DNA of 64,000 nt from Ascidiella aspersa (Eukaryota). This document shows positions 54,462 to 64,000 of this stretch, one piece after another; positions within the stretch are counted from its first letter, which is position 1, and each line of letters opens with the position of its first letter. Under the pieces are notes generated by a model. That model was not told the origin of the DNA. It did no database searches and was given only the letters and a program-made list of their open reading frames with translations. The translations under genes were made by a program, and so were the position numbers. The DNA is taken from NCBI GenBank assembly GCA_963924565.1, contig OZ004614.1, positions 21,824,001 to 21,888,000 on the forward strand, in the 5' to 3' direction.

Positions 54462-56867
54462 ATGGTTGACTTTGGTGGTGGAGGAGCATTTCTCGATGTT
54501 TGGAACCTTAATGGAGAAAAGGAATCGGATGCCGAAAAGACCAAACGCTTTCAGGAGTATTTTGAGAAAGAAATCAAGCCTTTTTATCTCTACGATGAAT
54601 GTACAATGATTACTGAAAAGGAATACCAGGCCTTTCATAATACTATGAGTAAAAAAATCAAAACGATGATAAAGCAAAAGGAAAACAATGAAACCGTAAC
54701 CGACTTTGGAGATGATGGGATTTCGCAGTATTCCGAAGCAACCCTCGAGACCCTGGTGTTACCCTTTATTGAGCATACAGTAAAGTGGAGAATAGACAAG
54801 CGTGGAGCAGTTGGGGAAACCCCAATGCACCTGCTGTTTTTGATAAATACACCAAGGCATATAAAAATTGCCAAGGCAATCCTTGCCATTTATCCTGAAC
54901 TTTCAATTGACATCTATGAAGGCTTTGAATATTATGGCGAGTCATGCCTGCATTTGGCTATCATTCAGCAAAATGTTAAGGCAGTAAGGCTGCTGCTTAA
55001 TACTGGGGAGTTGGTGGAAAAGTACTGTCATTCTAGAGCTCGCGGTCGCTTCTTTCAACCATTGAGCATAAAGCGAGGAGATGTTAAACTGAAGAAGCAG
55101 AAGTTTGAGGGGTATGCATATTATGGGGAGTACCCCCTTTCATTCGCAGCTAGCACAGGAAATCATGAGATCTATGATCTGCTCATCAAGCACAAGTGTA
55201 ATCCAACCCTGACAGACAAGTTTGGGAATAATGTGCTACACCTGACTGTAATCCACAACCAACCGGATTTGTATTACTACGCTGTAAAGCATGCAGTTCA
55301 CAAAGCAGATCCTAACCAAACCAATAATGAGGGCCTTACCCCTCTTGCGCTTGCTGCAAAATTGGGAAGAAAGGAAATGTTTGAAAAGATCCTTGAGATT
55401 TCATCCAGAGAATACTGGTCTTACAACACAGTTACATGCTCCGTATATCCTTTGAAGTCCCTCGATACAATTGGTCCAAAAGGGGAGACTGACTGGAATT
55501 CCGCTCTAATGATGATAATTCGTGGCAACAAGCAGGGGCATTACGACATGGTTGCCAATGACGTTGTCCACCAATTGCTTCAAGAAAAATGGAAAACTTT
55601 TGCCAAAGCAAAGTTCATGCGGCTCTTGGTATTTTACCTGTTTCACATTGCCTTGTTGTTTCCAGCTGTGTACTTACGGCCCAATGCTCAAGCCGATTTG
55701 CGCTACGGAACCAGCAGTTATGATATTGCCCGTTATGTTTTTGAGGTGATGGTCTTGATTGTCAGTACCGGTGTGCTTTTCTATGTTTCAAGGGAAATAT
55801 ATTTGGAGACCCTGTATGGTTTTATCCAAAACCTGTTTGCAATTCCTTCCAGAGTTGTCTATGTGTTGTCAAATATTTTAATAGTCTTGTGCGTTCCTTT
55901 TCGGTTTGCTGAATTGTATAGCGTAGAAGACTGGCTTTTGGTTTTTGCTATTCCGGGATTGTGGTCATATCTTCTCTTTTTCTTTAGAAGCATTCCACAG
56001 TTTGGGCCCCTGATTATCATGATATACCGGATTCTTGCATCAGATATGTTCAGATTTGTTTACATTTATGTTGTAATAGTTTTTACGTCAACTGTTGCCT
56101 TTTTCTACCAGTTTGAAGGTCAAAACATTTTTGCATTCCAGTCAGCACCTGGCACTGCTATGACTCTATTCCAGATGACTTTTGGAGAGCTTAGCTACCA
56201 GGATGTTTTAAGTGCAAAGTTGCCAGGACTCTCAATTGTATTGTTTGTAATCTTTATGGTCCTTGTTCACATTTTGCTGCTGAACATGCTCATCGCAATG
56301 ATGACAAGGACCTTTGATAAGATAACGGCCAAATCAAAAAAGGTCTGGAAACAGCAGTGGGCAGCTATGGTGGTCACAATGGAACGATCGCACAGACAGG
56401 CTCAAAAGCGAGAATTTCAACAGTCGTATGACATGAACATTAACACAGCTCGTGTGTCAAGTGAAGGTGCAGCTGCAGGCGAAGAAGATATCAACACAAA
56501 CATAAAATACGACGATCGTGCTATAATGGTAATTAAGCAGAGACAAACATCAGAAACTGGTCGCCGTCGCATCATTCAACAGTCTTGGAAAAACGTGGGA
56601 GAAAAGGCTCTTACTATAAAGCCATCTACGGCTGTTGCTCCCCCACAATTGGAAATTCGTAGTGTGGCTGGAATGACTGATTTTATGTTGGGCGGTTCTC
56701 ACAATGAAACTTTTGATGATGAAAATGACGAAGGGGAACTTGAAGAAGAGGAAAAGATCTCCGCTGTAAAGAGCTTTCTACAGAAGTCATTTTCAAGAAG
56801 AGGGAGTGCGGCATCTTACACATCACCTGAAGCCTCACCAAGATTAGGAAAAGGGGACATTGTGTGA
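54462..56867 (+). CDS. TRPV: TRPV-family cation channel (Nanchung/Inactive/OSM-9/OCR-like), intronless ORF; 801 aa from ATG 54462 (840 codons from ATG 54345 across an in-frame TGA)
   Basis: Ankyrin repeats (RGAVGETPMHL, YYGESCLHLAI, YYGEYPLSFAAS, FGNNVLHL, NEGLTPLALAAKLG), six TM helices, pore LFQMTFGE, S6 LLNMLIAMM and the TRP-box region WKQQWA. The ORF track starts at GTG 54453; the first in-frame ATG after the stop is 54462. Confidence 0.95.
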   Translation: MVDFGGGGAFLDVWNLNGEKESDAEKTKRFQEYFEKEIKPFYLYDECTMITEKEYQAFHNTMSKKIKTMIKQKENNETVTDFGDDGISQYSEATLETLVLPFIEHTVKWRIDKRGAVGETPMHLLFLINTPRHIKIAKAILAIYPELSIDIYEGFEYYGESCLHLAIIQQNVKAVRLLLNTGELVEKYCHSRARGRFFQPLSIKRGDVKLKKQKFEGYAYYGEYPLSFAASTGNHEIYDLLIKHKCNPTLTDKFGNNVLHLTVIHNQPDLYYYAVKHAVHKADPNQTNNEGLTPLALAAKLGRKEMFEKILEISSREYWSYNTVTCSVYPLKSLDTIGPKGETDWNSALMMIIRGNKQGHYDMVANDVVHQLLQEKWKTFAKAKFMRLLVFYLFHIALLFPAVYLRPNAQADLRYGTSSYDIARYVFEVMVLIVSTGVLFYVSREIYLETLYGFIQNLFAIPSRVVYVLSNILIVLCVPFRFAELYSVEDWLLVFAIPGLWSYLLFFFRSIPQFGPLIIMIYRILASDMFRFVYIYVVIVFTSTVAFFYQFEGQNIFAFQSAPGTAMTLFQMTFGELSYQDVLSAKLPGLSIVLFVIFMVLVHILLLNMLIAMMTRTFDKITAKSKKVWKQQWAAMVVTMERSHRQAQKREFQQSYDMNINTARVSSEGAAAGEEDINTNIKYDDRAIMVIKQRQTSETGRRRIIQQSWKNVGEKALTIKPSTAVAPPQLEIRSVAGMTDFMLGGSHNETFDDENDEGELEEEEKISAVKSFLQKSFSRRGSAASYTSPEASPRLGKGDIV

Positions 56868-57800
56868 TGTTAAATTGGCAGAAAAGAATGTTCAATGTTG
56901 CTTTAAAAAGTCTGTCATCCTTTCTTTTTGGGAGCAGTTTCACACATGGAATATATCAAATGAACTATGAACTATGTGGACAACTGATTTCATTGGTTTT
57001 AAGCATTGTTGTTTAATAGTACTAAATCACAGTATTGCAAAACATAATACACAAGTTTGTACTACATATTTTTGTTAATATTTTTACTGTTGTTTTTAAT
57101 CCAATGCAGCACTTCTTGTGCATCCAAGTTGTATTTTGTATGTTGAAAATTTACTTATATATACACATTGAGTACATAGGTTTGCACTTAGAGTAATTTA
57201 TACTTATTAGCACTTTTCTAGATTTTACACAACCGATTTAGATTGTATTTTCACTTGCACTTAAAATGATGTATTACACTTGTTGCATTTTGTTAGTTTC
57301 AAGCCAAATTTGAATAACATATCCTTAAACCTTAAAAAGTTTGTACACAACTAACTTTGGTATACCAATTTTAAGGCGTTTTGTTCCACACTTCTTGCAA
57401 TCCATCATTTCTATAATACTTTATTAGGTTTTAATTACACACATACAGTTTAGCCATAGCCTTTGTGGCTATAATTTAAAACCAATAATGGTTTTAAAAT
57501 GCTTTACCGTTGTAAGTAGGCCTTAAAAATAGTATTTTTGTGTTTGGTTATTTTTTTAGTTTCAAGTAAGAAAGTCTTGTTAAGGTATAAATATCTATTT
57601 TTATGTGGAATTGACTGTACTTCGCTTTATTGTCGCACATTATTATCAGGTTTTAAGATAGCTTTGCGATTGTGTGTTATATGTACGGTTGATATTGTTT
57701 CATAACAAAAATCTTCTACTATTATGTACTTTGCAGTAGATAATTTTTCTCTTTTTTAGATTGACGTTGTATATAAAGTTTATAATTAAAAAGTTATTAA

Positions 57801-60800
57801 ATGGCGTCATCAAAGGAGAAGTGTTTGGCACTCGTACTTCTTGTGATGCAAACATCACTAATGGTTTTACTTGGACGTTACACAAGGACTGTACAAGTCG
57901 ATGAAAATCGCTATCTAACCAGCACTGTTGTATTTCTGTCGGAAATCGTGAAGCTTGTCTCTTGTGCAATAATTATTTTTTACACCAACCGTAAGTAAAT
58001 AGTTTAAACAAGCACATGAAATAAACATGTTAAACAATTTTTATTTTTTTGCTATATTTTAGTGAAATTGAACTAAAGACTTGTAAATAAATTAAAAGTA
58101 CAAAGTAAATATCTATTTATTTCTTCTTAAATATATTTTTTTAAGGTTATTGTTTCAAAAAGTTTTTGCGGGATGTTTATAATGCAACAATTGGCAATCC
58201 AATTGATTTTGTCAAGATTGCTGTACCGTCAGGTACTTACGCTGTTCAGAACAATCTCCTTTTTGTTGCATTAACCCATTTAGATGCTCCAACTTATCAG
58301 GTAATTTGCTTTTTGGTGTGAGATTTGTCTAATAATAATTGCCTATAAAAACAGTATGTCCCGACTTACTTTAGGGTGGAATGGTTCAGTTTTTTTATTC
58401 CATTGGTCACAAAAAAGATTTGCATCATTAATAAGACCTAAGCGGGTCAAACATGTTAATATTAATGTGAAACTCGCTGCTGCTTTTCCTGTAAGTCAGA
58501 GCCTAAATGATTCCCCTAAAACTTATATGCATAAACAAGGATTCACTTGAACATTATGAACCAAATATGTCAATAAGCTACTGCAAATATTTTAATGGTT
58601 TATACGAATTTGACCGGGATTTTTTGCTCTGTAAGGTTGATCTCTTTGACATAAATGTCAGCAGCAGATTTGTCACAACTATTCTGTTGTCTGTCATAGG
58701 GTGTCGCACAACTACCCAAGGGTTAAAATACTAAACAAAGGATCCCTTCTGCAGGAAATAAAATAAAAAATGTCTTGAGATATGGTTTGTGCACCACAAT
58801 CCGAAAAAGAAACCACTGATATCATTAAATATTTCAATACTTAATTTGTCTACCCAGTTTTAAGTGAATAAAATATTAAGAGTCATTTGCTCATCTGACT
58901 CAATTGTTTTTCCGGAAAATGTGTGGTAAAATTTTCTGATAAATATCTTTAGGTTACCTACCAATTAAAGATTCTTTCTACTGCAATATTTGCTGTTGTT
59001 TTATTGCGGAAAAAATTGTCTGTTCAACAATGGACAGCCCTTGTGTTTTTGATGATTGGAGTTGCATTAGTACAGGTAAGAATGACTACTTTGGTTATAT
59101 ATGTATATTAGGTTTCATTGTTTATAATTTAACAAAAATATTAAGAAAAACTTTCTATTTTTTTAACACAGTCTAATAAAATCCTGTACAATATATAATA
59201 CCCTAAGTAATTTGTTTTTTATAACAGGATAAGTATTTTTCTGAAATACACAATGTGAAAGTGTAACATTTTTAATTAAGAGAACTCTGATCGTAATCTG
59301 GATCCTGCTTTTTAAATAAATAAAATGAGAATTTCGTAAACAACCATAAATATTTTTCAACATTTTCTATTTTGCCAACTAGTGTTATTTTTACATACCT
59401 AAATAAAATAGTTGCAATGTCTAAGAAGTTCTTAGCAGACACCTAACCCAAACCTCTTGCTTTCGTTTTCCTCTGAAACAAAACCAGTTGTTATAATATG
59501 CACACTTTCAGCCAATTAAGTTGTATGATTTTTTATTGTCCTAATCCTAAGTATATATAGAAATTTATGTTAACTTGGTTATAGGCCCTTTCCCTGATCA
59601 TAAACGTTTATGGATTAGTCATTTTGTTACTTTTTAATTTATTTTAAATGTGCTGTAAGCTTCTTGTAGTATCAAAGGGATCATTTTTTTCATTTTACAG
59701 GTAGGGCTAGGGCTACATGTCTCAATTTTGTCGCCCAAAAATTTTTAATTTTGTTAAATCTGGTGGAACTAAACATGAAATAATTATCTTTAAAATAAAG
59801 TGCTACTTTGCTCTTTAATTAAACCTCGTACCACTTACAGTTTCCAACAAATTCACCAAACCAACTTGATGAGAAAAGGGGAAGTCAATTGTTTGGTTTG
59901 TTTGTGATTGTGGTTGCAAGTCTCACTAGCGGCTTTGCTGGTGTTTATTTTGAACTTCTCTTAAAGCAAAATACATTTTCACTTTGGATTCGAAATTTGC
60001 AAATGGGTGAGTAACTTAGTTTGTGAAAGTTGTATCTAATTTAACAAATAAAGCCATTAAAAGTGCCACCAATCTCCTGAAATGTTAATTCTTCATCCCT
60101 GCTAGAAAAATAACGATGCTAAAATGTCTTTATAAACTTTTGTACGCACTAAGACAAAAATATTTTAGTTATCAAAACCAATTTTTCGGAGATTTACAAC
60201 CAATATAGAATTATTATACTGTGCATTTTTAATTTTTTTGAGCCCAAGAATTTCTTACATGGTTACCCATCCGAGGCTGTTTATTAAGATAACTTATCAT
60301 GATAAAGCTTGTTGATGGCAGAAAAATTGTGCGTTACATAATTTAGTAATTATGCATTGCGAGATAAAAAATTCTATAAAAAAATATATTGTTCAAGTAA
60401 AAATATGAAATAAGGTAAAACGAGCTATGCACAGTTAACATGTAGTTATTTTTTAAAGCAATCTTTGGAATAATTTTCGCTGGTCTACAAATGTGGTGGA
60501 AAGATGCGGAGAAAATTTTTAGCAATGGATTGTTACAGGGTTACACTATGCCGGTGTACATAGTCCTCTTTTTGCAGGTAGATATAATAGCTTTACCTAA
60601 AATGTGTTGGCGATTTCTTATGGGTAGGGTGAGTATTTTTGACTTAAAGTCAAAATTTTAATCAAATTTAAAACTGATCGGCATAAAAGTCAAAATTTAC
60701 AATGTAGGTCAAAATTTGTCAAAATCGTTTATAAAATGCAAAAAGAACTACAAGATCAACAGCAACTATAATAGACTTTTCTAAATTGCCGTCCAGTTTG

Positions 60801-61957
60801 AAATTTGATTAAAATTTTCTTTTGAATTACATCAAACAACCTTTCAAGTGATATACTGTAAATATCTTCATTATAGCGACATACCATACAGCAAGCGGGT
60901 ATAAGTAAATACAAACCGGTTTATTGTACTAGGTTCAGCCCCAACTCTGTTTTTGATTCAGAAATGTGTGGGTCTCTGATTTAGACAAGTTTATTGAACA
61001 GTATTTTTATATTATTATTTAATGATGGTTGGCAATTATCTCTTTTCCTATTTTGATAATAATCTAGCTCCTGGTTATTTTTTGGAAATTCGTTTTACCC
61101 TGTATTTCAACTAAATTGTTCCCTCAAATATTTTTTAAAATACTCTGCGTCTTGTTTTTCTGAGGTATTTTAATAGTTGTTCGCCTCTTTCATAACTTGC
61201 TGAAAATATCAAACATTTTAAAATTTTGCAAAAATTGAAAAATTAGCTGATTCGGGATTATGATACTTTTAATATTCCTAGGCAACCATGACTGGTCAAA
61301 TTGCCATGTTTATTTCATGGGGTTTCTAGCTTAATTGGGCATAACTAAATGTAGTATATTTTCCTTAAGAGTTATCCAACTTTTACCATTTTGTCTTCTA
61401 CAGTCCTACGGTGGATTACTAGTAGCATGTGTGATTCAGTACACTGACAACATTGTAAAGGGTTTTGCTACCTCTATTTCAATTGTCTTGTCAAGTATTT
61501 TCTCCTATGTTGTCCTGGACGACTTGCAGTTGTCTACGTAAGTGTCTTGTTTGTAACTTTTCCTAATTTGTTTTTTCGTGACTATATTAATTATCTGCGA
61601 TTTTGTGGTTCTTTGAAATACATTTTAGTCTGGACTGTTGCCCTTATACTTTTCGTTTATAACCATTGTATTGAAAAGTAAAATAAATAGATGTTTGGAT
61701 GCTATACACCAGATTTAGCATTCCCACTTGCCATCATTTATTTAACTATCTGTTTGTAGGTTTTATGAAGTGAATTTTTATGTTCCGGTTAAGCCTATTG
61801 CGTTACTATCACTGAGAGCTGATGCCACAAAATACATATGCTTTACGAACCAAATTAATGGAAAACTTTTAACAGGCCTTTTGTTGTTGGAACAGTCTTG
61901 GTTCTTGCATCTACATTCATGTATGGTCAACGCCAAAAAAGGGTCAAATCAATATAA
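57801..61957 (+). CDS. SLC35A3: SLC35A-family nucleotide-sugar transporter (UDP-GlcNAc transporter-like); 7 exons, 322 aa
   Basis: join(57801..57990,58146..58300,58953..59075,59841..60006,60459..60577,61404..61537,61876..61957). All introns are GT-AG and the frame closes at 969 nt. Motifs [47 protein letters not shown] and [22 protein letters not shown] and LDAxTY look more A3-like than A2/A1-like, so the symbol is tentative. Confidence 0.92.
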
Positions 61958-62210
61958 AAGTAATTTATGTCTGCTTTGTTTAACTGATGTGCAATTCCCT
62001 GTTTACCTGTTGAATTTCTACAAATCAAATTTTCTTTTGTCTCTATGAAATTATGGTGAACTTAAAAAATATTTCCCTGTTTCTTTTAAAAGTCTGCTAC
62101 AATGTTGCAAAGTATTTTTTTAAAACTCTTGCGAATATTAGTTTGAATATATTTACATTTTAGCACTGTATTTGAATTATATAAGGTTCTATGTTGCCTG
62201 AGTGTAAGAG

Positions 62211-62564
62211 CAGGGATTCTTAAACTGGGGTCTTGAACCCCTTGGGGTTCTGTGAACTAATTATAGGGGGTCCATAATGGCCAAATTGAAATATTAGTGT
62301 ATATTTAAGTTCGTAATAAATTTTTCATAGAAAAGAGTTTAGTTAAAAATAAAACGTTTTAGCACTAAATTTATTTAGACCGCATTTTACCTAAATCATC
62401 AGCATATTCCTGAAAGTCGATTCTTATTGTGAGGTAAATTTATATAAAAAAACGCACATTTCTATAGTCTATTTGATTGTGACGTCAATTTATGACATTA
62501 TTGAAATTTATTGCCTAACGTGGTCTACGTGAAGCAAAACGGTCAAATAGTTTAAGAACCCATG
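62211..62564. mobile_element. hAT-type MITE (family of 35152-35427)
   Basis: CAGGGATTCTTAAACTGGGGTC ... GTTTAAGAACCCATG; TSD TGTAAGAG/TGTTTGAG. Confidence 0.8.
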
Positions 62565-62959
62565 TGTTTGAGTATTTTACAACTATGCTTGGTGCAGTCT
62601 GTGTGTTTTTTGTTATTTTACTTGCTATGCTCTTTAGGAAACTATTAATACTCCCCGTTAAGCTGCCTCCCAAACGTGTTTATAAGACACACCATATTGC
62701 AATTTTACTACAAACGCTGATCAGTTGAAGCAAAGATGTCTTCTTTTCAATATAAATAAAATTTATGGATTGGTTTTAATATCTTTCTGAAAGTTTTATA
62801 GTCGAGATTGTCTTTGAAGCAATTTTACTGCAGTTCTTATCAACATTTGCCTTCAAAGGTAATCAGTTTGTTGCTAGATTAATTTGGCATACACTTTTGT
62901 TTAAACTTGTATTGTGTTTTTTTTTAAATTGTGTTTTGATCAGGCTGCTTATCTTTTAT

Positions 62960-63183
62960 TTATTTCTTCCATTTTTGTGAACATATACCAGCTGTAAAAG
63001 AACCAAGTAAAACAGTAAGAAAACCGAATCCGGTTGTGTATGTTTGAAAGAAAGTCGGAACAGTGTTTAGAGCAAGTAGGACAAACATCAGTATCCAAAT
63101 AGCAACGAAGAAGGACACCACGTAAGCCAAAGTCGGCACTCCGTTGGCGATTTTTTTCGTGTTGACGCAGGTTCCTAAAATAC
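62960..63183 (-). CDS. Terminal coding exon of an unidentified membrane protein, convergent with the SLC35A gene; upstream exons not identified
   Basis: Strong acceptor TTTTTTACTTCACAG|GT at 63183. Open frame with two hydrophobic segments (LAYVVSFFVAIWILMFVLLAL, GFGFLTVLLGSFTAGIC) ending QKWKK-stop. Confidence 0.6.
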
Positions 63184-64000
63184 CTGTGAAGTAAAAAAAT
63201 CGGCTGTTGCTGCACATATATAATTATTAACAATCGCTGTGTTTTATTTTGGCTAAGTATGGTTGAACTTAATATTAGGTAATAATTGTTGGCAAAAGAT
63301 GCTTTTGAATATGCTCATAGAATTGCTGTGTAGTACGGTAATGGTACACAAACAGCAGTCTGCCTCGCACGCTTCGAGACAAAAGTTTTGGCGCTTTGAA
63401 TGTTTACATTTTTACCGTAAAAAATATATATATTAAATACTAAATCGACATTTTCAACGCGCACACTTTGTCACTGTGAACTAGCTAAACAATAAATTTT
63501 ATTATACTTTATAACCTTTCTCCAATTTTTATGTGGCTATAGCCAAACGCGGTATCGCTTTCCAAGTGAATTTATCTAGACAGCGCTCACATTTTCACGA
63601 ATAGATTACATTTTGGTTATGTGTCTTTAGTATTGTAAGTAACACGTACTCGCCAACATAAAATGGACACACACAATAAGTTTATAGGTGACCTACAATG
63701 CGAACGGCGCCTTTGTTTTTTCTTGTCCTTGTGGAATTCTAGCTAAGAAATGAGTTGGGTTAGAATTTTAGTTGGCTGGAAATTGCCGGAGATTGAGCGG
63801 TGAAGTTAGGGTTTGGGCACAAAAGGTTGTTTAGATTTTATTCCGACGGCTTTACGTCTTAATCGGACTTAAACTTTATTTCGACTATTAGGTTTTCGTC
63901 CTGTATATGTTCTACTACGATCTGTGCTTTATTCCAACCATATTGTTATTCTAATTTCGGTCTTATTGGTGGTGTCACGTAAAATTTAAACGCAAAAAAT

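Noticed and set aside
61937-61957. ER-retrieval dilysine signal at the SLC35A C-terminus (KRVKSI)
   Set aside because: Lys at -3 but Arg at -5 and Val at -4, so it does not match KKxx or KxKxx.

Overview
Eukaryotic, AT-rich animal DNA with spliceosomal introns. A tunicate/ascidian origin is my inference and is unverified. The first ~48 kb hold a tandem cluster of five paralogous, intact, highly divergent 7-transmembrane (GPCR-like) genes: four on the minus strand and one inverted on the plus strand. They share a phase-2 intron after a long basic first intracellular loop, an LW(L/I)RQ motif in place of DRY, and acidic residues inside several helices. A belt of hAT-type MITEs (49-53.6 kb) follows. 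Next is an intronless Nanchung/Inactive/OSM-9-type TRPV channel ORF whose natural-looking ATG is cut off by a single in-frame TGA. About 0.9 kb downstream on the same strand lies a 7-exon SLC35A3-like nucleotide-sugar transporter. The last exon of a convergent membrane-protein gene closes the window. Intergenic and intronic DNA is rich in non-autonomous DNA transposons, many with perfect 8-bp TSDs, and there is one decayed LINE fragment. All gene models were assembled by eye from GT-AG junctions and frame arithmetic; no searches were run.
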